Position numbers and translations under genes: made by a program. A model generated the notes under the pieces. The model was not told the DNA's origin and made no database searches. It saw only the letters and a list, made by a program, of their open reading frames with translations. This document shows, one piece after another, positions 12,181 to 24,974 of a DNA stretch of 64,000 nt (position 1 is its first letter; every line of letters begins with the position of its first letter). The stretch comes from Microthyrium microscopicum. Lineage: Eukaryota. Where the stretch lies: the NCBI GenBank assembly GCA_010405405.1, contig MU004240.1:1560814-1624813 (forward strand). The letters run 5' to 3'.

Positions 12181-12718
12181 CCTTTCTCAATGTCCTCTCC
12201 TCAGAGCACCAACAGAGCTCAAATACCAACAAGGAACGCGAGATACGCAATCCAACAATCGTTTAGAATAAGGTCTGGGCGGCTTTAGTGTTTTTTCTTC
12301 GTTGATCATGTTGTTGCGCGCGGCATGTTAAACCCGAAAAGAACACTAAAAAACATCATGTCCTTTCCTATTGTACATGTTCTTTTCATTCCCCATTTGC
12401 TTTTCATTCATGGTTTTTCATTCTTGCTTGATATCCCAAGATTCTCTCCGGGCAACCATTGGCGTCGGGGATAATAAATTTAGGTATTGGACCATGGTAA
12501 AGGCGTATTGAGCGAGGCACTGAATGTTGGGTCCAACTGTACTCTCTCAGCTGCCATGAATGCCGGGTCCAAAAGGGGTTGATATCAGGCGGTGTCCTTG
12601 GAGTTAGAATTCCATGATCCCCATGTTCTTTTTCCTTTCTTGTACCACCACCAAGTCAACGTTTGCGAACAGTTTCCTTATTCTTAGCAGAACATATAAA
12701 ATCTACAGACCTTATTTC

Positions 12719-14059
12719 TCATGTCTTGCTTGCTGGCTTTTTGGTGAAAAATGAACTGAGCTTCTTCATACCGGATGTATTCACTTTGCGTAGATCCTTG
12801 ACTCCTCGTGATTCGGCTTTCTTGCGCTTGTCTTCTTCGTCCTTCTTACGCTTCTTCTCGGCGTTCACGTCGGCAAGCTCATCGTCGTCTGCTGGTCGCT
12901 TGCGACTGATGTTGTCGGATATGGAGCGCAGTGCGGCGGCGGATGCGCGGTCCGCGTCGAGCTTTTGCAAGTGCGTGTCGAGGGGCCTGAAGTCGATGAG
13001 CTTGAGGGTGGATATGCTAGAGAGGATGGGGCCGCGGAGGTCTGCGCGGATGTAGGAGCGGAGGATGAAGTTGAGTGCTGTTCGCATTCGTAGTAGTTGT
13101 GTCATTTCTGTGGAGGGTTCTGTTGGAGTGTCGACTATTGTTGTTGTGCTTTCGAATGTAGTTGTTGTGCTTGTGATGGTACTTTTTTCAAGTGTTGATG
13201 CATCTGATTCGAGTACTTCTGAGACCAGTGTTGTCTGGCTTTCGGCTGCTGCTGTAGCCTCGTCCAAAACCACTGTATCCAAGGTAGTCTCGACTTTAGC
13301 CTTCTCAATAATCATCATTGGAGCTTGTAATGGCCTTGTGACGAATTTATCCTCCAGTGATGCTGGTAAACCAAGCTGGACCAGTTTGCGTGCTTTGCCA
13401 TATATTTCTTTTGCCAACTTTTCTTGCGATAACCTGAACATGGAATCATCTCCAGCTTCGACAATATCACAGATAGCACGCACCCGATCCTCTAGTATCT
13501 TTCTACACTCTCTTTCTCGAAGAAGTTCGTTCAATGCTGGTGATTGCTCTGACTTTTCAATGTGATCGTCCAGCGTCAGAAACATGCTTTTCTGGTCACC
13601 TTTCGAAGTTGCTACGCCAGGTGCAACAATAGATAGTATGAGAAATAAGCTATCGAAAGGAGTTGCTAGAAATAAATCCTGGCTTTTCGACACGTAGCCG
13701 TTCAACTGTTTCTTGAACGCTGTAGATTCTTCCGACTCTTCTTGTGCGCCTTCTGTTGTGTCCAACTCTGATGATTGATTGTTTTCTGATACTAGTAGCC
13801 AGCTCCGTGGATCTGCTCTCGGCGCGGATATTCTCGTAAATTCATGAAAGCCTTTCTGAGGGCAGAAATAGTATCTAGAAGGCTCATTGCGTACAGGATC
13901 TCGAAGTGTTATTATTCTTGCTTCGCTCGATATATCTTTAGGCAGGATGAATAATTTCGGCGGATTCGAATCGACTGAACTGAGTGTCTTGGTTGTGATT
14001 TCAGGAGTCGGCGCAGGCGCATCTTTTGTTGTCGCTTTGGTTGATCTCGTCCGAGGCAT
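12719..14059 (-). CDS. RNH202: Ribonuclease H2 subunit B (Rnh202/Ydr279 family), single exon, 446 aa
   Basis: GFHEFTRI, PRSWLL, LFLATPFDSLF, and a C-terminal KAESRGVKDLRKVNTSGMKKLSSFF (PIP-box-like end). Confidence 0.9.
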   Translation of the reverse strand: MPRTRSTKATTKDAPAPTPEITTKTLSSVDSNPPKLFILPKDISSEARIITLRDPVRNEPSRYYFCPQKGFHEFTRISAPRADPRSWLLVSENNQSSELDTTEGAQEESEESTAFKKQLNGYVSKSQDLFLATPFDSLFLILSIVAPGVATSKGDQKSMFLTLDDHIEKSEQSPALNELLRERECRKILEDRVRAICDIVEAGDDSMFRLSQEKLAKEIYGKARKLVQLGLPASLEDKFVTRPLQAPMMIIEKAKVETTLDTVVLDEATAAAESQTTLVSEVLESDASTLEKSTITSTTTTFESTTTIVDTPTEPSTEMTQLLRMRTALNFILRSYIRADLRGPILSSISTLKLIDFRPLDTHLQKLDADRASAAALRSISDNISRKRPADDDELADVNAEKKRKKDEEDKRKKAESRGVKDLRKVNTSGMKKLSSFFTKKPASKT

Positions 14060-14190
14060 GTTGTACGGTTCTGATAATTAGTATCTTCGGAAAATACTTA
14101 GAAAAGCTGGAAATGTATTATAGTTGAAGCGACTGATGTCAATTTCTAGATGCTAGAGTAAGTTTAAGGTGTTGAAGCACGAGTGAAAGT

Positions 14191-14224
14191 CGCGTGCCTC
14201 ATCCCTGGCGCGTCAATCTCGCGT
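14191..14224. promoter_or_regulatory. Three MCB-like CGCGT elements in the divergent RNH202/MCM10 promoter
   Basis: CGCGT at 14191, 14209 and 14220, within the 316-bp gap between the two start codons. Confidence 0.55.
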
Positions 14225-14375
14225 TTTGAACTGCGTTGTCCAAGCTCGTCTATTTCCACCACTACTTATTGGCGAGCGTTTAACTTCACGGAATTCAGCT
14301 TTACTCTTTCTGGTACTCCCGGTCTATTGCTTATTACGGAGGTGGTCCTCCTATGACCCTGAATGCTACATCATC

Positions 14376-16731
14376 ATGGTAATCGTGCGGGAGTCTCCCC
14401 GCAAGGCTGGTATGCGAGGACAAGTTCCAACTCGCTGGGTCAACGCTGACATTTATAGCCCCTCAATCAGACCAACAATGGCCTCCTAAATCTCCTTTAG
14501 CCGCACTGTTAAGCTCGCCGAGCGGTAGGAAGCGCTACGAGAGCAGGTACAATAGAAATTCAACGTCTCCCTCACCCGCGAAACGGAGACGAACAGATGC
14601 TGTTACGCCAGAGCGACAGCTAGCCAGCGAAGATGATGAGGAAGACGAGGAGGATGAAGATGAAGAGACACTGCAGCTGAAGCTCAAAGCTATCGAAGCG
14701 AAACTCAAGCTCAAGAAATTACAGCGAGCAAAGGCCAAGTCGTCATCACAAGCGTCATTTTCGGAGCATAGTAGCGAGCTCGCTCCATCGTCACGACCAG
14801 GAACTGCATTGGATTATAGTAAACCTCGAGCAAGTCGGTTGGACCCTGGGTTTCGGCCTACTGCCCCATCGAGCGAGCGGAGAGTCAATAAACCACCCGA
14901 GCCTCGCTCTAATGTCCTGGTACCCGTCTCACCAGTGCGAAAGGCACGAGCAGTCGCAGACCCAACATCGCCAGCACGAGTAATTCTCGGCATTGATAAA
15001 GGTCTTCGTGCGCAAGATGTTTCTCTGAAGCGGCCGTCAAATCCAAAGGTCCCAGCATTGGCTCGATCAAGCTCGCAGAAAACAGCCTCTGGACCAACCC
15101 TTAAGAGCTTCGGGGAGCGGATAGCGGATTTGAGAACAGTCGCCAAAGAGACGGAAGCCAAGGAGGAGCGGATAAAACAGGCACGAACGACAGGCTTTGG
15201 GGTCAACAAGGAGTCTAGTTGGGATGCGCCGCGACCAGTTATTAGCCGATCGGACTCATTATTACGAAAGGGCGAATTAGGTCAAAAGGCCTCTCATGCG
15301 CCCGCTGAACCAAGACCTGTTTTCAGAGCAATACCAGACAGTATGAAGAAGGTCGCTTACGATCGAGCATTAGCCATGTCAAAAGACGACGCGGAAGATC
15401 TGGAACCATATTCAGGCTTCCATCTATCAAAACGACGTATGGACAAAACAGAACTCGCCCAAGCCCTCTCAGGCAAAGAGCAATATGCCATCCCCCGTCT
15501 CTTGAAAGAAATCACCGGCCCAACATACGACCCCCCAGACTGCGAATCCGACTACGTAGTATTCGGCATCATCGCCTCCAAATCCTCCCCCTTGGACCAC
15601 CGCAACGCCAGCACCACCAAATCAACCTCCGACGCTCCCGCGCGCTCAAAATTCATGGTCCTCCGCCTCACTGACCTAACCTGGGAACTAGATCTCTACC
15701 TCTTCGACACTGGTTTTGAATCATTCTGGAAACTCGTGCCCGGCACCATAATCGCCGTCCTCAACCCGGGCATTTTACCGCCAAAAAATAAAGATACGGG
15801 CGCATTCTCCCTAAAACTCACATCCTCCGAAGACACAGTCCTCGAAATCGGCTCCTCTAAACACCTCCGCTTCTGCTCAGCTATCAAATCAGACGGCGTC
15901 CAATGTACCCAATGGATCGACGCGCGCAAGACAGAAGTCTGCGAATTCCATCTCGCTCTCAAAGTCGACAAGGCGCGCAAGGGACGCATGGAGTTCAACA
16001 CCATGGTCGGTCAAGGGGCGCGTGGATCATCCACGCACAACTCTAACTTCCGCGGTCGCGGTGGGGGACGCGGTGGTCGAGGCGGAAATAATGGGCTGGT
16101 GGCTGAAGGGCGCACGTATAATAGGGAATTACATGAGATGATGTACGTCGCGCCCAAAGAATTGGGCTTCAGCACGACACGTCTCCTCGACGATAATGAT
16201 GCAGACGTCAATGCCTGGCAGCGCGGCATGTCGCGGGAAGATATGCAACGCAAGCGCGCGAAAGCTATTGCAAAGGAGAAGGAACTTGGGCGAAAACTCA
16301 GTGAGCTTGGGAGCAGTGCTGGCGCAGAATACTTACGGCCTCGCGCATCTGACGGATCTGCTGGTGTAAAGTCAAGTCAGAGCGTGATGGCGCCGCCAGA
16401 GCCAGTAGATGCGCTGTCATTGGGACTGCTGGGCAAGAAGGCAGAGGATGTGGTTCTTGCGTCTAAGAGAAAGCGAGGGCCAGATTCTGGATCTGCAAAT
16501 AGCGCGCCGATGGGCTGGGGTGGGCATTCGAAGAGAGGGCTCATGTTAAGTAGAGAGAAGAGTCCATTGAAGAGTGCGCGGCGGGATCCAGAAGTTGCGA
16601 GTCCGAAGAAGAAAGCGAGATTCATGTTGGCAGACAAAGGTCTGAGAGAGCCTGGACGGGAGAGTTTGGGTAATGTTAAACCTCCTACTAAGGATGACTC
16701 GAGCTCAGATGATGGGCTAGAGATTGTGTAG
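14376..16731 (+). CDS. MCM10: DNA replication protein Mcm10 (OB-fold plus CCCH zinc finger), 1 intron near the 5' end
   Basis: MVIVRESPRKA|DQQWPPKSPLAALLSSPSGR start. DYVVFGIIASKS, KFMVLRLTDL, LYLFDTGFESFWKL, VLEIG...FCSAIKSDGVQCTQWID..KTEVCEFH. Confidence 0.9.
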
Positions 16732-17131
16732 AACTGTAGCATTATGTACGATGGACAAGTGTCACGAACAAGAATCATTACATAGGTGCAACTTGTTTAG
16801 CGATAATGCATTACATTGGTATTTTATGAATCGGATTCAGACATTACAAAGCTGCTTGGTAGCCAACACCCCTATTCCAGCAACAAGAAGGAAAGGGTGG
16901 TGGTGGGTATGGATAGGGCGCTAATACTACAACAGTTCAACAAAACATAATCGGGACAACCAAGCAGTCCGAATCTGCGGCTCGCTAACATCTGATGACA
17001 ATGTCCATAATGCTTCAACCTAGTATAATCAACCCATGCTATCTGCTTAACCCAAACGCCGAAAGAAGAGGGCTACATGAATCGTTGACATCGTTGTTCA
17101 TCCAAGAAATTTCGTAACACAGAAAGCCCGT

Positions 17132-18490
17132 TCAAGAAGAGGAGCCACCACTTCGAAGACGCTTTGTTGGCGGCTGCTCTATTGGAGAGGCTTGCCGCTT
17201 GGAACTCTTAGTCTCAGACGGCGACTTCTCGGGTGCTTTGACGCGACTCCACTTGTCGAAGGGACTTGATGGACGGGAGATCTTACCAGGACGCTCCAAA
17301 TGCTGGTTCCTAATAGGCTCTTGGACGGGTCCGGACGGTGTGACTTCTCCGCCGTTGACGTTGGCATGCTCGGTATGGTTTTCGAATGAAGAGGATTCAG
17401 CTTGAGGATCCATGTCCTCGTCATCATTGACCCCAGACTCAACTTGTTCGTGAGGCGATGCGCCGGAGACTTGGATGGCGGGAATGGCCTTCTTCGCAGT
17501 GGGTGATGGCACTTCAATGTCAGTAAGGGCCTCTTCGTCCGCCTCTTCAGCAGCAGCAGCCTCGCGAGCCTTGCGTTGCTCTTCGGTTGGGAATAGGATG
17601 CGCGGCTTGATCGAGGAGCGTGTCATGCGAGGGGTTGGAGACTGTCCAGCACGACGACGGATGTCCAGGTCGCTGAGATTGTCGTCATCATCGTGAGCTT
17701 CGCTATCGTCAAATCGTCGGAAGATCTTCTTTCCACGGCTAGAGTATGGTTAATTGGTTATTAATAACAAATTGAGAGGCACTTACAAGACATAGATAAG
17801 TCCTTCATCATTCCGAACAGCTTTGTCCACCTCGATTTCGCGTTCTGTTTTGCGAGCTTTCTTTGAGCTAGTTTGCTTGGACTTGCCGGAAGGTTTGCTC
17901 AAGAAGGGATTGTCCTCGCCCTTTTCGACAGTGGGGATACGTTCGCGAGAGTCTTCGTAGACTTCTATCTTTTCTTGCGCGTCCTCCACGTCGGCAAACG
18001 GTGTGAGAGAATACGCTTTACTCTTGCGAGACTTGCGTGGAGTTGGCATGGCGTCGTCAACGTTTGGTAATATCTTATTGAACAGAAGACGAGAGGCAGA
18101 ACTAGGAGGGTCTTTGGGTGCTGGTCGTTTGCGTGGAGTTTTTGATGGTGTTGGTAGCGGTGCAGCGTTGTGGGATGGAGCCTCTTCGCGATCTGAGTCC
18201 GTCAAGTAAAAGAGTGCTTGGCGGGGCTTTCGAGACCGAGGTGTTGCAGAAGGTTTCTTAGCCAGTTTGGGAGAATTGAGTGCCTTCTTAGTTGGGGATG
18301 TGGGAGACGAAGGAGGGGAGAATGTCTGGCTGGAAGATGGTCGCGCGGATGTGTCTTGGGTTCTCGATTGAGCAGCTACACGACTCGACCGACGCGGCGT
18401 ATATGGCATCCAGCTGTCTTCTTTTGTGCCCCACCGCGGCGCAGGAGGAGTTGTCGCCATGACCGGCGGCGGAGGAGTAACATTACGCAT
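17132..18490 (-). CDS. Rum1/Sic1-like cyclin-dependent kinase inhibitor, 1 intron (17739-17786)
   Basis: Spliced product has LPTPSKTPRK, EDNPFLS, EGLIYVF|RGKKIFRRF and SIKPRILF, in the same order as S. pombe Rum1 motifs as I recall them (PTPAKTPKK, NPFLS, DGLYYVFRGKRI, FKPKLLF). Many S/T-P-x-K/R sites. Confidence 0.75.
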
Positions 18491-18850
18491 GCTGAACTCG
18501 CGTGTTGATAGAGGTTTGCTGGGGAGTTTGCGACAGCAATGTTGGCCGAGATTCAGCGGAACGGAGACTGTAGAGCAAACCGCAAGCAGATGAAGGATGG
18601 ATTTTTGGGGATTGGTGAATAGGTGAATGGGGATTGATTGCTGTTAAGATCTAGGCGTATTGTTATTGTGGTTCGTTATTGTTGGGATTTGGGAAAGAGG
18701 TGTGTTGGAGGTTGCTGCTTCCAAGGTTGTGATGAAACGACGTGTGATGCTGGGGCAAGGACGATTCAATGAGTGGCTGGGCGTGCCTTCCAACTTGCCA
18801 AGCATTCAGGGATTCCTTCCTGCCACCGTTATTGGCCAGCCTTGTTCTTA

Positions 18851-18899
18851 TCACGTGGCGCTTACTTGGGACCAAGTATTAGCGCCCACGTGAACGCGT
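18851..18899. promoter_or_regulatory. Imperfect palindrome with two TCACGTG E-boxes, followed by an ACGCGT MCB box
   Basis: tcacgtggcgct-tacttgg-ga-ccaagta-ttagcgcccacgtga (18851-18893), then acgcgt at 18894-18899, ~360-410 bp upstream of the Rum1-like ATG. Confidence 0.5.
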
Positions 18900-19015
18900 C
18901 TAATTTGGCGATAATCTTCATGTTTGGTTCCAAAGCTAACCTCCTTCCTTCTCGTCATCGCAATGCTCATTAATAAATATCATACTGGCATTTTGATTTG
19001 TGACTTTCAGCCCTT

Positions 19016-19613
19016 TTACAGTCCCTTTGCCGCCACTCGCTGAAATACAGGGCTTGGATCTACATAGATGTCTGCTCTCGCACATTTCACCTTCCCATCG
19101 ACCTCATCACGCCTCAGGTGACATTCAGAGAACGCTCCAATCTCAATGACATCTTTGTCTGGGTCGTCACCCTTGACTACGTACCGAACGGTGACTGCAT
19201 GCAAGATACGATCCCCAACTACATCTGCAACATATGTGAATCACATGAAAATGCCACCGAAGGGTAGAATGCATACCAAAGTGCTTGACGGAATGGGCTA
19301 GACGGTCCAAGTTGCCGAAGACTTTTATGTACATCTAATTCATGTTGAGTTAAGGCTCGTGGCTAGGAGCAGAACTCCCAGGGTGATCTTCGTACGTTGA
19401 GAGCATCCTTGCCAGTCATAAGCGGCAGGTTGGCGTACTGAATCTCAGTATCTTCAGTGCTGTATTGCTCAAACCATGGGACTGCTTCTAACTTGTCAGC
19501 CATGTCGTAGAACTACATGGAAGCAACAATCAGCATTCGGTTACATTGAGTTGGGAATAACGAACTCCTTGAAGCCAAGCCTCAGCTTCGGTGTTGGTCA
19601 GTATTGGAGCCAT
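19016..19613 (-). CDS. Small SnoaL/NTF2-like fold protein, 3 introns
   Basis: Clean splicing: MAPILTNTEAEAWLQG|FYDMADKLEAVPWFEQYSTEDTEIQYANLPLMTGKDALN|MYIKVFGNLDRLAHSVKHF|DVVGDRILHAVTVRYVVKGDD...ADIYVDPSPVF. The pattern is typical of fungal SnoaL-like proteins. Confidence 0.7.
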
Positions 19614-19866
19614 CTTATCTGCGTATAACTCTGGAGGGAATTTTTTGGGTATTACACGGAAAAGAGTATCTTGTAGGAGTAAACTTTAGGCCTGCGATTG
19701 AGCATAGGAAGGGAAGTGCCATGATTTATAGTGCACATCGAAAGCATTACTACGAAAGAGAACACGGGGAGGAAATACTACAGCATCATATGCAAACTAG
19801 CATTTGATGTAAGCAAGACTGTGTTAATTCCTTACAGAAGTGAAGTTGAAATACGGAGTACGATAT

Positions 19867-19938
19867 ACGCGTATCGAAGCGCGCTAGCCTGATTGGGCCG
19901 CCTTAACGCGTGAAATACGATTTCGTGTTCAGACGCGT
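19867..19938. promoter_or_regulatory. Three perfect MCB boxes (ACGCGT) upstream of DUO1
   Basis: ACGCGT at 19867, 19906 and 19933, 80-150 bp before the ATG at 20018. Confidence 0.6.
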
Positions 19939-20017
19939 CAATTGTCCATCATCGGCTCCGTATTCCATCAAAATCCTCTCAGGCCAAGTTTGAACATTTC
20001 TGCCGCTAGTTATAGCA

Positions 20018-20743
20018 ATGGCAAGCTTTGAAGATGACTCGGAGCTCATATTCGACTCCCCGCCGGCCTCGGCCTCTCCGCAAAAGCGCAGTGATGCCGC
20101 CCAACGATTTCCTGAATCACCATTTGATACAGCAGAAGCGCGCGAAGCTGCACTAAGACAAGAATTGGAAAACATTCGAAAGATCAATCAGGTGGTGGAA
20201 GGAGTTGTTGATAGTCTTGACAAAGCAAAATCGAACATGGAGGTGAATATCACACAACAGCCACCCCTGTTAGGCTTCACACTGATGTCTCAACAGACTG
20301 TATCGAAAACGGTGGATTCGGCATCTTCGCTCTTACAGACATGGACTCGCATCCTATCACAATCAGAACACAATCAACGGCTAATCCTCAATCCTCGCTG
20401 GCAAGGCGCAACGCGAGACCTTTCGGAGATAGAAAACGATGAAATCAGACGTCAGCAAGATGCCCAGCGGAGACAATACGAGGAACAGCAACGTAGAGAG
20501 GCAGCAGCTCGCAAAGCTGAAGAAGACGAAAGGAAGAGAGCTGCAGCCACACCTTCACGGGGACCCAGAGGAAGAGGCACAGGTCGCATTGGCTCGCGGC
20601 CGACCTCTGGTGCCAGTGGAAGTGCCACTGCAGGATATGGCCGAGTCCGCGGAGCTCGAGGGACCGGCCGCGCAGGAACGACGGGACGAGCTGGAAGTAC
20701 CACCGCTAGAGGTAGAGGTGTTGGAGGACGAGGCACTAGCTGA
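20018..20743 (+). CDS. DUO1: DASH/Dam1 complex subunit Duo1, with a probable in-frame 54-nt intron (20243-20296)
   Basis: ALRQELENIRKINQVVEGVVDSL...TVDSASSLLQTWTRILSQSEHNQRLILNPRWQGA, followed by a coiled coil and an Arg/Gly-rich tail. Confidence 0.9.
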   Translation: MASFEDDSELIFDSPPASASPQKRSDAAQRFPESPFDTAEAREAALRQELENIRKINQVVEGVVDSLDKAKSNMEVNITQQPPLLGFTLMSQQTVSKTVDSASSLLQTWTRILSQSEHNQRLILNPRWQGATRDLSEIENDEIRRQQDAQRRQYEEQQRREAAARKAEEDERKRAAATPSRGPRGRGTGRIGSRPTSGASGSATAGYGRVRGARGTGRAGTTGRAGSTTARGRGVGGRGTS

Positions 20744-21043
20744 GCTGCTATTGCTGAACTCAACTCACACTGACCTTTCACTCCCAAAATGGCAACGAGT
20801 ACAAGGAATCATCAAAGCGAGAGGCATACACGATGGAAATGAATTTCTATCAGTTACTGAGCATTAAGACAGTATCCTCTCCCTTGAATAACACCCACCA
20901 GCTCAACAAGGCATGTATATTATGATTTATAGCATGAACGAGAATCACGACTGTATAGATACGAAGATTGCTTTTGGCCAAGCAAAATACAGGCCTACTG
21001 TCAATTGAAAAGAACTATGAGTAAAATTATGCTAAACTACAAT

Positions 21044-23030
21044 TTAAACAGTGCCACGATCAACAAACTTCTTGGGCATATCCACCGTTCTAGCTCTGAG
21101 ATACTCGCAGACATTCTTTCCAAGAGTGTCGTATGTGCTGCAAGCATCATAGCCTCGATCCAAGTGGTCATGCAACAAGAAATGCACAGCTCTGATATTT
21201 GGCATCTCGAATCGATCGATATGGGTTGCCTTCTTGGCCTCATGGGGTCCTAGCAGCTCCTTGATCTTGTTGATGGTCAAGAAGCTTCGGAGCCATTCCC
21301 ACTCATCGTCGTGGCGCACAAAGAAACCAGTGTTGGCATCGCTGCACTTGTCACCTGAACGACCAAGTACAACCCTGCCCATGGGTATACGGACAGTTGG
21401 ACCGAAAGAATCTAGGGCGACCGGGTTCTTGGTCTCATAAGAAGGTTGTTGCTTCTCGAAAGCCTTGAACTCGGGGGCTAATGGCATCTCAATGATTGGT
21501 GTGGGTGAATCGAAGAGGAGATGGATGCGCTGCTTGATGGCGTCCTGGGGGAGAAGAGCTGGGTGGTACTCGTAGTATGGTTTTGCTTGAGACAGACGGA
21601 AATCGTTACCAAGGGAGGCACCTGGGCAGGACTGGAGGAAGGTTGTCATTGTTCGTCGGAAGAATCCGTCCATGTTGGTCATTTCCAACAAGTCCTTGTC
21701 CTTGCTTTGGGCGAAGATTCGGAAGTCAACGGTGGCAACATCTTGGTTGCGAGCGTCAACTACAGACGAGCCATTTTGCATGAAACTCAGGAGACTGAAT
21801 TTCTTTATGCGTTCTGGGCCGAGCTCAGCTAGAATCTGGTCTTCGGTCCACTTGCACTTCTCTTCGATATCGAGACCGCACATGTAGACGTGATACTCGG
21901 CTTGCCAGCCAGCGAAACCAGTGATACTAGTTTGGTTAGTATATACTTCAAGACTGACTGAGAAACACTGCTTACCCGACTTTAGTTGTTGGTGGAGGAG
22001 GAAGACCCCGGACACCTGAGACCTTGACTTGGTCCTCTCCAACCTGCTCGATCTTGATATCTTCTAATTGAGCAGTGACATCACAGTTGTAGTAAAGTGG
22101 TCCTTGGATTTCGTAAAGCAGCTGAGATGTAACAGAGTTCACAGTCATAACACCGCCGCGGTTCTTCTCCTTGTACATGACGCCATGGCCGTTGTGGTCG
22201 ATGGCGCAAATGGGAAATCCCATGTCGATGTGCTTGCCAGCCTTCAAGATGTCCTTGAAGTCAGAGCTATAACCACCGGCAACATATGAGGAGCATTCGA
22301 GTAAATGTCCAATGACTAAGGAACCAGCGAGTTGATCGAATTGGTCGTTGGTCCATTGATGCCACCACCTATCAAATGTTAGTCACGTCCTTCATTCTTC
22401 GAAACCTAGAACTTACGCAGCAGCTCCAATAATAGGCGATGCATCCGACACACGTCCGCAGATGACAATATCAGCGCCTTCAGTCAAAGCCTTTGCGATT
22501 CCCAAGCCGCCCAAGTAGCTCTGAGCGCAAACTGGCTCAAGACCCCACTCTGTGAGTGACTTGCCATGCATCAAACTCTGGAACTTTTCTCCCTTTTGAA
22601 CAAGTGCCTTGACGGCACCTGTGGCATCGTCACCCTCGACCCAAGCAACCTTGAGCTTATATCCTGCTTCTTTCACGGTCTTGTCCACCAATTGGGCGAG
22701 AAGTTCCGTATCGCTTGCACCGGCGTTGACAGCCAACTTGATTCCTTTTCTGGCGAGATGTGGAATAGCTGGTGTTATGCAGGACATGAAGTTCTCGGCG
22801 AACTGGGCGTTCTTGATCTTCTCTTCCCACGTGAGCTCCCTGTCACCGATTGCTGCCATCGTCTTGACTTTGGCGGCGCCGGAAACAGTCATGGTCATTT
22901 CAGAGAGCCAATCACCAACGATAACGTCTACATCTTCATTTTCGGCGAGGGAAGAAATTGCGCGAATACGATCAGACCATCCACCTGATGCGCCAGCAAC
23001 GTGAACAGCACGACGAACACCTGGAGCCAT
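21044..23030 (-). CDS. DUF1446 / acyclic terpene utilisation AtuA-family protein, 2 introns
   Basis: VAGASGGWSDR, GDWLSEMTM, GADIVICGRVSDAS, GHLLECSSYVAGG, SQLLYEIQGPLYYNCDV, GRSGDKCSDANTGFF, AVHFLLHDHLDRG, DTLGKNVCEYLR. Confidence 0.92.
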
Positions 23031-23988
23031 GTTGAGGTATTAGAAAAGATAAAAGTTTATGTGTAAGTGTTTGAGTGTATTGCTCAAAACATGAAATTGG
23101 AAGTGAGAACTACGGTACATATATTTCCAATTCTCCTGGAGCTTCAAGTTTTGTTCAAGTCTAGAATACAGCAAACGGTGAATGATATCCGATGGAAGAA
23201 GTCAAGCGACTAATCCCATCTTTTAGAACCAATGATGCTCCAAACCTATCTTCAGTTTCGACAAGCTATTTCCTGGTCGAAAAGTCCATACTGGAAATTC
23301 AATTTCCTTTACAAGGCTAAACGGCATGATGCGCCATTTCTAGGCCTAGGAAACCCCTCTGTTTGTCACATTCTGGAGCATGCGGATGTGGATCCTCCCC
23401 ACTACGATGTGGGGCACTTTTCGCCTTGTTGACAGTTCTTGAATTTAGGTGAGAACCAATATAGACATCTGCAACAAGCTATAGGGTGAGAGTGGATAAA
23501 TCCAGCATCCGTAACGGGTAGGTCGGCTGGTTCCTGTGAAGTTTGCACGACAACTGTCAACGGAGAATGTACCTGAATCAACGGACCACACACCAAAGGC
23601 CCGGATGAATCGGATGATGTAGAGCTTGGCAGAGCAGGAATAAAAAGAGGTTTTTCTAGCTTCGTAGTCGTCACATAGTGGTGATCTATCAAAAGCTCAA
23701 AGTAAGTCATGGGGTGCAAATATTGCTGTTGTACTATTTGATAGAAGTACAGAAATCGAAACCAACTCCTTCGGGAACTGTCTCCCCAGAGTTCTTGAGA
23801 AGTAACCCCAACATAATCTCAGGTAGACCCGTAATTATAGCTTAATGGATTTTCGGTTAATATACTCCCATGAACCTTGTAGGTTAAGTTACCTCAGAGT
23901 ATACCTTTGGTACAAATCCCAGTATCAGCCTCAAGAAGCAAGAAGCAACTGCACTGCAATATCCTAAACTCTACTCTCACATTCAACC

Positions 23989-24801
<813 letters not shown>

Positions 24802-24974
24802 AACTTTTGATTGATTGCTTTTCAGTCATACATAGCTCAAATGGAAGCATTCCCTGATTGATTCTTCGAATGTGTTGATCTCCAGACATTAGAATGTGAT
24901 CTGTATCACAGAATCGTAGAAGTGATATATTCGATTGTCACAACTATTTTTCAAAACCATGCAACGCATAAATT

